Assembly: GCA_963743885.1 (NCBI GenBank)
Contig: CAVURJ010000002.1
Location: 241,706-305,705 of the forward strand
Source of the DNA: Candidatus Moraniibacteriota bacterium
GTDB taxonomy: Bacteria > Patescibacteriota > Minisyncoccia > Moranbacterales > UBA1568
Direction of reading: 5' to 3'
Length of the DNA: 64,000 bases
Positions within the stretch are counted from its first letter, which is position 1; each line of letters opens with the position of its first letter. The notes under the pieces were generated by a model that ran no database searches, was not told the DNA's origin, and saw only the letters and a list, made by a program, of their open reading frames with translations. Shown piece after piece: positions 27,854-37,107 of the stretch. The position numbers and the translations under genes were made by a program.

Positions 27854-28901
27854 CATCTCATTGTTCGCGAGGGCGTGGGGGAAGATTTTCCTCATCACGT
27901 TGTTTTTCGTGTGCGCCGCATCCGCGCTCTTTTTCCTGGATATGTTCCGCAGCTATGAGGCTGATGTTCGCATCTTGGTCGTCAGCCGTTCGGCATCGGT
28001 CAATCCGGAGCAGGCAGCTGCCAATCTGGCTGCGCTCGTCGGGACACTTCCGTTCCATGATCGTGTGGTCGCGGACGATCTGCTTGGTGATCCACTCGAA
28101 GGCTATCCGCAGGCTGATCGCCGCGCCCGTTGGAATGATGCGGTCCGTGCTGAGCATGAGGTGGGGAATAGCGTCATTGTCGTGACAGCCGCTGGAGAGG
28201 ATCCTGAGGAGGCGCGGCAGCTCGCTGCCCACGTCTCGAAGACGCTCTTCGGGATGGCTGGTCTGTATTATGATGTGAAGGCGGATATCGATGTCCGTGC
28301 TATCGATGGGCCGATCGCCGAGACGGTGGTCACACAGCCGTTCGCTTATGCGGCAGTGAGTTTCCTTTCTGCGTTTCTGGTGACAGCTGGTTTCTTCGGT
28401 ATCCTTATCATGCTTCCAGGCATGTTTGGCCGTGCACGGGAGAACCGGAGTGCGGAACCGGCGCATGATGGCGCATACCATGTCGTCTCTGAATATGGAG
28501 TCGGCGATGCTGTGCCGTATATTGATCCGCGCAAGTTTATCCCGACGCGGCCGACGTCATTGCCGTTTGAGAACGCTTATCCGGAGACGCATGCAGCGCC
28601 TGTCGCGCCGGCTGCCAAGGCGGCTGCGCCGGCCAATCTGCCGATCGCGGACGACGCTTTCGATCTGCCAGTGTCTGATGAACCGCTCCCGTTCACGTTT
28701 GAAGAGACTGGTTCTTCGGAAGAATATCCGGTAGCTGATCTTCCGTTCCGCGGCGAACACGAAGTGGACGAAGAGGCGGCTTCGGAGAATATGATTATGG
28801 GCGGAGAGGAATTCCATGCCCATGAGGCGGAAGAGCGGGGTGAGCCGACTGTCGAGGAATACAAGCGCCGGCTGAATGAACTCCTTGGAGGAGGTCGCTA
28901 A
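27813..28901 (+). CDS. Wzz/PCP-like polysaccharide chain-length determinant candidate with an acidic low-complexity C-terminal tail.
   Basis: Two TM helices flank a roughly 150-aa extracytoplasmic domain, which matches polysaccharide co-polymerase topology. The start may be 27831. Confidence 0.4.
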   Translation: MEEPNAMRMSVRNNISLFARAWGKIFLITLFFVCAASALFFLDMFRSYEADVRILVVSRSASVNPEQAAANLAALVGTLPFHDRVVADDLLGDPLEGYPQADRRARWNDAVRAEHEVGNSVIVVTAAGEDPEEARQLAAHVSKTLFGMAGLYYDVKADIDVRAIDGPIAETVVTQPFAYAAVSFLSAFLVTAGFFGILIMLPGMFGRARENRSAEPAHDGAYHVVSEYGVGDAVPYIDPRKFIPTRPTSLPFENAYPETHAAPVAPAAKAAAPANLPIADDAFDLPVSDEPLPFTFEETGSSEEYPVADLPFRGEHEVDEEAASENMIMGGEEFHAHEAEERGEPTVEEYKRRLNELLGGGR

Positions 28902-28999
28902 TAAATTTTAAATTTCCAATTTTAAATTTTTAAAATTCAGAAATTGGGGATTATTTTAAAATTAAGAATTTAAAATTTAAAATTAGCATCGGAAATCCT
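28902..28999. promoter_or_regulatory. AT-rich array of AATTTTAAAT-type palindromic motifs upstream of the second DUF4012 gene.
   Basis: aaattttaaattt, ccaattttaaattt and aatttaaaatttaaaatt. Strongly palindromic and far below the local GC content. Confidence 0.3.
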
Positions 29000-30370
29000 A
29001 TGAAGCATTACTCGTACAAATTTTGGATCGCATTTGTCGTCGCGTCGGCTGTTTTCCTGACGGGCTGGTTCGTTTTCTGGGAGCTCAAGAACGGGCATCT
29101 ATCGAGCCTGCGCAGCATGGTAGGACTTCTGCCAGTCTCAGAAGAGACGAAGACCGATCTCGATACAGTCGTCTACCTCGCCGAATCCCTCATGGATACC
29201 GATGGCGAAGAGAAGACGTTCCTCATCCTCTTCCAGAATGATCTCGAGCTCCGTCCGGGCGGCGGTTTCATCGGCAGCTTTGGCATCCTCAAGGTGCGCG
29301 ATGGTCATGGGACGCATTTCGCTGTGCATGATACCGGCAATTTCGATGGCCGTATCCCTGATACTGTCTTGCCGCCGTATCCGATGAAGGAGACACTCGG
29401 TATCCCGTCGTGGAAATTCCGCGATTCGAACTATGCACCGGACTTTGCGACCAATGCCAAGCAGGCTGAGGATTTCTATCACATGGGCCAGGGTGCCGAG
29501 CAGTTCGATGGCGTCGTCGGTATCACGACCGATGTGCTCGAGTCGTTCCTCTCTGTGACTGGGCCGATCGAGATTGAAGGCTTCCCGGGCACGTACGGTG
29601 CGGACAATGCTGTCATCGACCTTGAGCGTCAGGTGGAGCAAGACTACGTGAAGCAGGGGATCGCATTCGGCGAGCGCAAGACCGTCATGGGTATCCTCGG
29701 GTCTGAGATCATCGGCCGCGTGAAGGCGATGCCGCTCTCCCAGAAATATGAGCTGTTCAGGGTGTTGCTCGTCGATCTCCATGAGAAGAGTATCCAGATC
29801 ATGCTCCGCGATGAGGCGCTCCAGGGCGCGGTGGTTGCGGCTGGCTGGGATGGTGCGTTTGATGCACAGTGGAAGGATGATTATCTCTTCCTCGTCGATG
29901 CCAACCTCAACTCTTTCAAGAGTGATTACTTCGTGAAGCGTTCGTATGACTATACGGTCGATCTCACAGGGGAGGTCCCGCAGGCGACACTCGCCGTGAC
30001 GTACAAGCATACAGCGACGGCTCGCGATTGGCTCACCAAGGACTACCAGACCTTCCTCCGTGTCTATGTGCCGAAGGGGAGTTATCTCGCGTCGATCGAG
30101 GGCAACAGCAAGCCGCAGGTCTATGGCGAGTTCATGGGCAAGAAGTACTTTGGTGTTCTCATGCAGGTGCCGATCAATACGGAAAAGACCGTGACCTTCC
30201 GGTATGCTCTGCCGAAGGATATCGAACGCGATTGGTACGATCTCGAATGGCAGAAGCAGCCAGGTCTCGACGGGGTGCCAGTCCGCGTGACCGTCATCGC
30301 GAAGGACGGATCGAAGACAGAAAAGGAGTTCGCACTCGACCGTGATACTGTCCTGTCAGAAGTGAAATAG
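29000..30370 (+). CDS. DUF4012-like envelope protein paralog, 456 aa.
   Basis: N-terminal TM. FLILFQNDLELRPGGGFIGSFGIL...DGVVGITTDVLESFLSVTGPIEI is homologous to 18994-21219. Confidence 0.6.
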   Translation: MKHYSYKFWIAFVVASAVFLTGWFVFWELKNGHLSSLRSMVGLLPVSEETKTDLDTVVYLAESLMDTDGEEKTFLILFQNDLELRPGGGFIGSFGILKVRDGHGTHFAVHDTGNFDGRIPDTVLPPYPMKETLGIPSWKFRDSNYAPDFATNAKQAEDFYHMGQGAEQFDGVVGITTDVLESFLSVTGPIEIEGFPGTYGADNAVIDLERQVEQDYVKQGIAFGERKTVMGILGSEIIGRVKAMPLSQKYELFRVLLVDLHEKSIQIMLRDEALQGAVVAAGWDGAFDAQWKDDYLFLVDANLNSFKSDYFVKRSYDYTVDLTGEVPQATLAVTYKHTATARDWLTKDYQTFLRVYVPKGSYLASIEGNSKPQVYGEFMGKKYFGVLMQVPINTEKTVTFRYALPKDIERDWYDLEWQKQPGLDGVPVRVTVIAKDGSKTEKEFALDRDTVLSEVK

Positions 30371-30377
30371 GCGCTCT

Positions 30378-30452
30378 CTCGGAAGCGGAAGCTTCCGTGC
30401 AGAGAAAAGGGGATGCCACTTGCATGTGCGGCCAGGCATCCCTTTTTCTCTG
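30378..30452 (+). terminator. Tandem hairpins with T-run after the DUF4012 paralog.
   Basis: cggaagc ggaa gcttccg, then aaaaggggatgcc...ggcatccctttttctc. Confidence 0.6.
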
Positions 30453-30504
30453 CCAACCGGTAGAAAGAGTTGTTTTCCAATCTGAAGAGAAAGAGAGGGG
30501 AATC

Positions 30505-31095
30505 ATGGAATCGTTTTTGTTGCTTCATCTGTATTTCTTCGGTATGACGACCGCGTTTGCTTTTTGCATGTGGTTCGTCTGGAACGGGGCGCGGAGTCTC
30601 GTGAAACATGAAGCGCTTCGCAAGGAGTTCAAGACAGCTTCCATGCTTCGGGATGTTGCGGTCATCATGTTTGCTGGCGTTGCAGCTTCGGTGACGCTTG
30701 TTCTCGCAGAGACATTCTTTGAGTACATCGCTCTGGAATCTGACAGTATCCTGTATGGCCTCGTGCTGGTCATGACGTCGGCGTTCATCCTGATCGCCAT
30801 AGTTTCGAGGGTTCATGGGGTCTTCTCGAAGCTCAAGTGGGCCATCGAGATGGACCGGCTCCAGAAGCTTTCCGGCATCCTCATGACTTCCGCGCAACCT
30901 ACCGGGACTTCGTCCAAGATGTTCTCTGTTTATCGGGAAGACAATCATGAACCGCGGAGCTTCACTATCCGTGATGAATCGGTAGTGGAAAAGCTTAGGA
31001 TTCTTTTGGATCAGCGCGTGGTAGTCTTTTATGCCGCGCCGTCCGGAGAAGGGAATCTGTCCGTCGCCTGTTTTGTTGCTTCGGCTGAACGATGA
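30505..31095 (+). CDS. Hypothetical membrane protein, 196 aa.
   Basis: RBS gagagggg before ATG at 30505. Four predicted TM helices. Confidence 0.5.
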   Translation: MESFLLLHLYFFGMTTAFAFCMWFVWNGARSLVKHEALRKEFKTASMLRDVAVIMFAGVAASVTLVLAETFFEYIALESDSILYGLVLVMTSAFILIAIVSRVHGVFSKLKWAIEMDRLQKLSGILMTSAQPTGTSSKMFSVYREDNHEPRSFTIRDESVVEKLRILLDQRVVVFYAAPSGEGNLSVACFVASAER

Positions 31096-31123
31096 CCGTT
31101 TCTGAATCCTCTTTGATCGATTG

Positions 31124-31166
31124 TCCGCTGCCGTGGTAACACTCATGGCAGCGGATTTTCTTTTTC
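31124..31166 (+). terminator. Rho-independent terminator.
   Basis: ccgctgcc...ggcagcgg followed by attttctttttc. Confidence 0.65.
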
Positions 31167-31297
31167 AGAGCCGTTTTTTCTAAAAAATGCTATACTTATA
31201 TGTAGCCGAATCGGGTGTCCGGCCCGGTTTCTTGTATGTCCGATTTCTGTTTTTATACTTGATACAAGATGCATAATACTTGATACAGAGCATTCCT

Positions 31298-31987
31298 ATG
31301 CGTTTCGACATCATCTCCATCTTTCCAGAGAGCTTCACATCGTATTTTGGCGTGTCGATGCTCAAGCGCGCACAGGAGGATGGGCTGATCGAGATCGCAG
31401 CTCATGATCTACGTGACTATGCGCATGATGCCCGCCGGACGGTCGATGATACGCCGTATGGCGGTGGAGCCGGTATGGTGTTGAAGCCTGAGCCGCTCGC
31501 AGAAGCCCTGGAACAGGTGTTAGGGGATAGTGGACAGGATAGAGGAAGAGAGAAGACGAGAACTATACTTTTTTCGGCGAAGGGCAAGCCGTTCACACAA
31601 GCGGATGCGCGGAGGCTCCGTGAGTATGACCGTCTCATCATGGTCTGTGGACGCTATGAGGGCATCGATGAGCGGATCGCGGAGCATATGATCGATGAAG
31701 AGCTTTCGATCGGCGAGTACGTGCTGACGGGCGGCGAGCTCGCGGCTATGATCGTGACGGATGCGGTGGCGCGGCTCATCCCTGGGGTGCTCGGCAACGC
31801 GGAGAGCGCGGAGACGGAGTCTCATAGCGAAGAGGGCGTGGTGGAGTATCCACAGTACACCAAGCCGGAAGAGTTCCGTGGTTGGAAGGTGCCGGAAGTA
31901 CTCCTGTCTGGGCATCATGCGGAGATTGAGAAGTGGCGGAAGGAGATGTCGGAAAAGAATAGTAGGGAAAGGAATTCCGCCAAGTGA
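31298..31987 (+). CDS. trmD: tRNA (guanine37-N1)-methyltransferase TrmD.
   Basis: MRFDIISIFPE, DTPYGGGAGMVL, CGRYEGIDER and LTGGEL motifs. Confidence 0.9.
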   Translation: MRFDIISIFPESFTSYFGVSMLKRAQEDGLIEIAAHDLRDYAHDARRTVDDTPYGGGAGMVLKPEPLAEALEQVLGDSGQDRGREKTRTILFSAKGKPFTQADARRLREYDRLIMVCGRYEGIDERIAEHMIDEELSIGEYVLTGGELAAMIVTDAVARLIPGVLGNAESAETESHSEEGVVEYPQYTKPEEFRGWKVPEVLLSGHHAEIEKWRKEMSEKNSRERNSAK

Positions 31988-32100
31988 ATTTTCAATGTAC
32001 GAATTTTCAATTTTCAATCAATTACCCAATCTCGCAATTTTCAATGTTTGAAATATTGAATCATTGAAAATTCAATGAAAATTGTGAATTGATAATTGGA
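31988..32100. promoter_or_regulatory. Array of ATTTTCAAT / ATTGAAAAT 9-mers upstream of ftsW (at least five direct and two inverted copies).
   Basis: gaattttcaatg, gaattttcaattttcaatc, gcaattttcaatg, cattgaaaattcaatgaaaattg. Confidence 0.35.
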
Positions 32101-33231
32101 AATTTTTTAGCAGATTTTTTTAAAGTGATTGTGAAAAACCCATTCGATCGCCCATTATTCACCGCTATCCTGATTCTGCTCGGCATCGGTCTCATGATGG
32201 TCGCGTCCGCTGGCGTGGTCTATGGCCAGGTGCGCTTCGGCGACGGGTACTACTTCCTCAAACAGCAGCTGCTCGGCCTTGGTGTGGGACTCGTGTTTCT
32301 CTATGTTCTCCAGCGCATCGATTATCATTTTTGGCAGAAGCTGGTCGTGCCGATTTTCCTTACGGCGCTTGGGCTTCTCGTCCTTGTCTTCGTTCCTGGT
32401 TTCGGCACCACGGTCTATGGCGCGGCGCGCTGGGTGGAGATCGGGCCAGTGTCGTTCCAGCCGTCTGAGGTCATGAAGCTCGCCATCATCCTCTATCTCG
32501 CGGCCTGGTTCGCGAGTAAGGGGCGGGCCAGAGCAGCCGACTTCTTTGAGGGATTCGTGCCGTTCCTCGCGCTCCTCTCCGTCGTCGGTTTCCTCATCAT
32601 CAAGCAGCCAGATACTGGAACGCTCGGCCTCATCTTCCTCATTGCGCTCTCAATATTCTTCGTTTCCGGCGCGAGTATCAGGCATATCGTCTATCTCTTT
32701 CTCGGCGGACTCGCTTTCCTCGGTATCCTTATCAAGGCGGCGCCGTACCGCATGCAGCGCTTTCTCGTCTTCGTCAATCCAGAACATGATCCGCAGGGGT
32801 TCGGCTATCAGATGACTCAGGCACTAGTCGCTATCGGGTCGGGAGGATTCTTCGGTCTCGGCTTGGGACAGAGCCGGCAGAAATTCAACTATCTGCCTGA
32901 GCCGGTCACCGACTCCATCTATGCGGTGCTCGGCGAGGAGCTCGGCTTCATCGGCTGCGCTATCGTGGTCGCGCTCTTCCTCTATATCGCCTGGCGCGGC
33001 CTCCGGATAGCAGCTGGGGCTCCGGATGCCTTCGGGCGATTCGTCGCGGTCGGCATCGTCTCTTGGATTGTCTTCCAGGCGCTCATCAATATGTCGGCGA
33101 TCACCGGTTTGGTGCCGCTCACCGGTATTCCGCTCCCGTTTGTGAGCTATGGTGGAACGTCGCTTGCCGTGCTTCTCTCCGCGGTCGGAATCTTGCTCAA
33201 TATAAGCAAACATTCTACACTGAAGGCGTAG
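32089..33231 (+). CDS. ftsW: Peptidoglycan glycosyltransferase FtsW (SEDS family).
   Basis: Ten-TM SEDS architecture with GxxVxGAxRW and DTGTLG-type motifs. Precedes murG. Start codon is non-ATG (TTG 32089 or a downstream GTG). Confidence 0.85.
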   Translation: MIIGNFLADFFKVIVKNPFDRPLFTAILILLGIGLMMVASAGVVYGQVRFGDGYYFLKQQLLGLGVGLVFLYVLQRIDYHFWQKLVVPIFLTALGLLVLVFVPGFGTTVYGAARWVEIGPVSFQPSEVMKLAIILYLAAWFASKGRARAADFFEGFVPFLALLSVVGFLIIKQPDTGTLGLIFLIALSIFFVSGASIRHIVYLFLGGLAFLGILIKAAPYRMQRFLVFVNPEHDPQGFGYQMTQALVAIGSGGFFGLGLGQSRQKFNYLPEPVTDSIYAVLGEELGFIGCAIVVALFLYIAWRGLRIAAGAPDAFGRFVAVGIVSWIVFQALINMSAITGLVPLTGIPLPFVSYGGTSLAVLLSAVGILLNISKHSTLKA

Positions 33232-33351
33232 ATAAGTCCTTAAAGTTTATAAAGTTTTTCAAGTTCATAAAGCAAGAATCGCTTCGCGATGCTTTCTGAT
33301 GAATTTACGGCTTGATGGACTTTACGGACTTTATAACCTGATAGACTCCCT

Positions 33352-34488
33352 ATGTCTGATACTCCTAGAATCGTTCTCACCGGTGGCATCTCTGGCGGTC
33401 ACACGTTTCCACTCGTGGCTGTTTCGCGTGCGCTCCGGAAGCGGTTTCCAGAGGGTGTTGAGTTTCTTTTCCTCGGGCCGCAGGGCCGTTTCGAAGTCGA
33501 GGCGATGGCCAAGGAAAACATCCCGACCCATCATATCGCGACCGGCAAATGGCGCCGCTATTTCTCATTCCAGAATTTTTCTGATCTCTTCCGTCTCCCG
33601 GTTGGCTTCGTCCAAGCGCTCTGGCAGCTCTATGTCTTCATGCCGGAAGTAGTCTTTTCGAAGGGTGGGGCGGCGTCGGTGCCGGTCGTTCTGGCAGCGC
33701 GGGTGCTCCGTATTCCGGTCGTAATGCATGATTCCGATGCAGTGGCCGGACGGGCCAACCGGTTCCTCGCGCGCTTCGCGGAGCGTATCGCTATCGCCTA
33801 TCCGAGCGCTGGGAAATATTTTCCAGAAAGGAAGACAGCTCTTACCGGTAATCCTGTCCGCGAAGAGATCTTGGCGGGGGATGCTGATCGGGCCGCCGCG
33901 GCGTACGGCTTGTCCCGCGAGCGGCAGACGCTGCTCGTGCTTGGTGGTAGCCAAGGCGCATATTTCCTCAATGCTGCGATTCTCAAGACTCTGCCTGAGC
34001 TGCTTTCCCGCGATGTTCAGGTGATCCATCAGTCTGGTGCGGATAATTATGAGGCTATACAGCAGGCAATCGCCACTCATGACGAAGCGCTGCCCAATTC
34101 TTCTCGCTATGTGCTCAAGCCGTTCTTCCAGGCAGAGGAACTTGCTGATGCTCTCGCACTCTCGACGCTCGTCTTGTCGCGCGCTGGTGCGGGATCGATT
34201 GCCGAGATCGCCGCGGTGAAGAAGCCGGCTATCCTCGTGCCGCTCGCGAGCGCAGCCAATGATGAACAGCGCATGAATGCCTATGATGTGGCGGAGGTTG
34301 GCGGTGCGCTCGTCCTTGAAGAGGCGAACATGGGCAAGAACATGCTGTTCGAGAATATTCTCGAACTGCTCGGTCATCCGGAGACGCTCGCTTCGATGAG
34401 CGAGAAGATCAGTGCGTTCCATCATCCTGATGCTGCCGATACGATCGCATCTGGTCTTTATGAGATTGTCGTGAAACGTAACGTTTGA
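33352..34488 (+). CDS. murG: UDP-N-acetylglucosamine--N-acetylmuramyl-(pentapeptide) pyrophosphoryl-undecaprenol N-acetylglucosamine transferase MurG.
   Basis: Starts LTGGISGGHTFP. GT28 C-terminal domain. Confidence 0.9.
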   Translation: MSDTPRIVLTGGISGGHTFPLVAVSRALRKRFPEGVEFLFLGPQGRFEVEAMAKENIPTHHIATGKWRRYFSFQNFSDLFRLPVGFVQALWQLYVFMPEVVFSKGGAASVPVVLAARVLRIPVVMHDSDAVAGRANRFLARFAERIAIAYPSAGKYFPERKTALTGNPVREEILAGDADRAAAAYGLSRERQTLLVLGGSQGAYFLNAAILKTLPELLSRDVQVIHQSGADNYEAIQQAIATHDEALPNSSRYVLKPFFQAEELADALALSTLVLSRAGAGSIAEIAAVKKPAILVPLASAANDEQRMNAYDVAEVGGALVLEEANMGKNMLFENILELLGHPETLASMSEKISAFHHPDAADTIASGLYEIVVKRNV

Positions 34489-34544
34489 ATCGCATTCTCA
34501 GCTTGGGAGGGCTAAGAAGTGGATGAAGCTAAAAGCTACCCCAT

Positions 34545-35957
34545 ATGTCTGATAAGAAACTGTCGAACTGGAAGAAGATTCATATGATCGGCATTAAGGG
34601 TGCCGGCATGACGGCGCTTGCTGAGTTGCTCGCGCGCCAGGGGGCGACGGTCACTGGTTCCGATACATCGGAAGTCTTCTTCACTGATGCCATTCTCAAG
34701 GGGCTCGATATCCGTTTTTCGGAGAGCTTTGATCCGGCCAATATCCCGAAAGGCACCCAGGTGGTCGTCTATTCGACGGCCTATTCCCGGGAGAAGAATC
34801 CCGAGCTCGAAGCTGCCTATGCTCTCGGTGTACCGGTGATGAGCTATCCCGAGGCGCTCGGATCGCTTTCGCGTGAGAAGCTGACGCTTGCGGTCTGCGG
34901 CACACATGGCAAGACGACGACCTCCGCGCTCCTCGCTGATACACTCAAGTTCTGCGGCAAGGACCCGTCGGCTATCGTCGGCAGCCGCATCATGAGCTGG
35001 TCAGGCAATGCGCTTGCTGGATCGGGCGAACATCTCGTTATCGAGGCGGACGAATATCAGAACAAGCTCGCGCTCTATCATCCGTTCGCAGTCATCCTCA
35101 CGTCTGTCGATTGGGATCATCCTGATTTCTTTCCAGATACGGCGAGTTATGAGCAGGTCTTTCGTGATTTCATCGCGCGCATACCCAAGCACGGCGTCCT
35201 GGTCTACTGCGCTGATTCTTCAGCGGTCGCTCGTGTGGCTGAGGCAGCGGTATGTCGGAAGATCGGGTATGGATTCCTTGATGGTGCCGAGTTTCGCATC
35301 GGGGGATATGCGCCGGAGCAGCCCGGATTCGTCCCAGAGAAGGATGCTATCAGGCAGCGCTTCACGGTCACGGCAGGAGAAGAATCGCTCGGTGGCTTCA
35401 CGCTTCGGCTCGCTGGCGAACACAATGCGCAGAATGCAGCCGCCGTCATCGCGCTCGCGTCGTTTCTCAAGCTCGATATGGAGCGGGTACGCTCGGCACT
35501 CGGTAGGTTCTCTGGCACGGAGCGGCGTTTCGAGCTTATCGGCGAACGCTATGGTGCACCGATCTACGATGATTATGCCCATCATCCTGAGGAGATCCGC
35601 GTGACGCTCAAGGCATTCCGCGAGCTCTATCCCGATCGGCGCCTGCGCGTCATCTTTCATCCACATACGTTCACTCGTACCCGTGCGCTCCTATCTGATT
35701 TTGCTCAGAGTTTCGATGATGCTGATGAAGTGGTGCTGCTCGATATCTATGGTAGCGCGCGCGAAGAGCAAGGTGGCGTCTCATCTGCCGATCTCGCTCT
35801 GCTCATCAATCAGATCTTCCCGAGCAAGGCCCGTGTCGCGGAGAGCCATGAATCTATCCTTGCCGAGCTCGAGGAGACAGCGGGTCGTCAGGATGTTATT
35901 ATTACGCTAGGTGCTGGTAACGTCTGGGAGATATCGCACAAGCTGGCACGTATTTAG
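34545..35957 (+). CDS. murC: UDP-N-acetylmuramate--L-alanine ligase MurC.
   Basis: HMIGIKGAGMTALAELL and GTHGKTTTSALLA motifs. Confidence 0.9.
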   Translation: MSDKKLSNWKKIHMIGIKGAGMTALAELLARQGATVTGSDTSEVFFTDAILKGLDIRFSESFDPANIPKGTQVVVYSTAYSREKNPELEAAYALGVPVMSYPEALGSLSREKLTLAVCGTHGKTTTSALLADTLKFCGKDPSAIVGSRIMSWSGNALAGSGEHLVIEADEYQNKLALYHPFAVILTSVDWDHPDFFPDTASYEQVFRDFIARIPKHGVLVYCADSSAVARVAEAAVCRKIGYGFLDGAEFRIGGYAPEQPGFVPEKDAIRQRFTVTAGEESLGGFTLRLAGEHNAQNAAAVIALASFLKLDMERVRSALGRFSGTERRFELIGERYGAPIYDDYAHHPEEIRVTLKAFRELYPDRRLRVIFHPHTFTRTRALLSDFAQSFDDADEVVLLDIYGSAREEQGGVSSADLALLINQIFPSKARVAESHESILAELEETAGRQDVIITLGAGNVWEISHKLARI

Positions 35958-35997
35958 GAAGAGATAGAGGTAGGAGGCAAGAGGAAGGGGATAAGAG

Positions 35998-36975
35998 ATG
36001 AGAGATAAAAGAGAGAAGAGATACAAAATACTAGATACAAAAAGTATGCATCTAAGAGAACACGTGCCGCTCGCGCCACTCACGACCTTCAAGGTCGGTG
36101 GTTCGGCTGACTATTTTGCTGAGGTAGCAGGGACGCTCGAGCTTGCTGAAGCGTTCGAGTATGCAGAGGCGCACCATATACCGTTCTGTGTCTTGGGTGG
36201 CGGTAGCAACGTGCTTTTTTCTGACCAGGGTTTCCGTGGTATAGTGATCCATATCAATGATGGTGGCGTGCACGCATCCGGTGACAAGCTGCTTTGTGGT
36301 GCGGGGATGCCGCTTTTCGATGCGGTTTGGGCGGCCAAGGACGCCGAGCTCGCGGGTATCGAGAAGCTCGCCGGTATCCCGGGGTCTATCGGTGGTGCGG
36401 TGCGCGGCAATGCCGGAGCGTTCGGTACAGAGATGAAAGATGTCGTCTCGAAAGTCAAAGCATTCGTCCGCGATACCGGGATGGTCAAGGAATATGATAA
36501 CGAGCAGTGCGGTTTCGGCTATCGGACGAGCATCTTCAAGCGCGATCCGAAGCTGATCATTCTTTCGGCAGAGCTCAAGCTTCAGCCGGGGGGTAGTAAG
36601 AAGGAACTCGAGCGCGTCATCAAGGAGACCGTCGCGAAACGTGAGGCGAAGCATCCGCAGGATGCGCGTTGCGCCGGATCGTTCTTCACTAATCCAGTCG
36701 TGACGGACGAGCATCTCCGATCGGAGTTTGAGAAGGATACCGGTATGGCTCCGAAAGATGACAAGTTACCAGCCGGCTGGGTGATCGATCACGCGGGGCT
36801 CCGCGGTAAGCGGGTAGGAGGGGCGATGGTGAGTATGATTCATCCGAACTACCTCATCAATGCCGGCGATGCGACTGCAGAGGATGTCCTTATGCTCGCG
36901 AGCGTCGTTAAGCAGCGTGTGCGTGATGAGCTCGGCGTGCGACTTATAGAGGAAGTTCAGATGATCGGGTTCTGA
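35998..36975 (+). CDS. murB: UDP-N-acetylenolpyruvoylglucosamine reductase MurB.
   Basis: FAD-binding LTTFKVGG, GGGSNVLF and C-terminal GSFF motifs. The start may be 36046. The N-terminus is encoded by a polypurine tract. Confidence 0.85.
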   Translation: MRDKREKRYKILDTKSMHLREHVPLAPLTTFKVGGSADYFAEVAGTLELAEAFEYAEAHHIPFCVLGGGSNVLFSDQGFRGIVIHINDGGVHASGDKLLCGAGMPLFDAVWAAKDAELAGIEKLAGIPGSIGGAVRGNAGAFGTEMKDVVSKVKAFVRDTGMVKEYDNEQCGFGYRTSIFKRDPKLIILSAELKLQPGGSKKELERVIKETVAKREAKHPQDARCAGSFFTNPVVTDEHLRSEFEKDTGMAPKDDKLPAGWVIDHAGLRGKRVGGAMVSMIHPNYLINAGDATAEDVLMLASVVKQRVRDELGVRLIEEVQMIGF

Positions 36976-37025
36976 GACGTCTGACAGTGGCAGCTCGGCA
37001 TGTGCCGATACATATATATATCGAC

Positions 37026-37067
37026 CGGGAGACAGTGATGTTGTCTCCCGTTTTCTTTTGTTTTTTC
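37026..37067 (+). terminator. Rho-independent terminator after murB.
   Basis: cgggagaca...tgtctcccg followed by ttttcttttgtttttt. Confidence 0.7.
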
Positions 37068-37107
37068 GGTGGTATAATGAAGGTATAATCGGATAATACG
37101 GAAAATC

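Noticed and set aside
28902-28999. Possible CRISPR array in the AT-rich repetitive stretch
   Set aside because: The repeats are short overlapping palindromic 9- to 13-mers without regular repeat-spacer periodicity and there are no cas genes nearby. No CRISPR array was seen anywhere in the window.
29138-31146. 290-aa and 341-aa minus-strand ORFs
   Set aside because: Antisense to the DUF4012 paralog and the membrane protein gene. No support.
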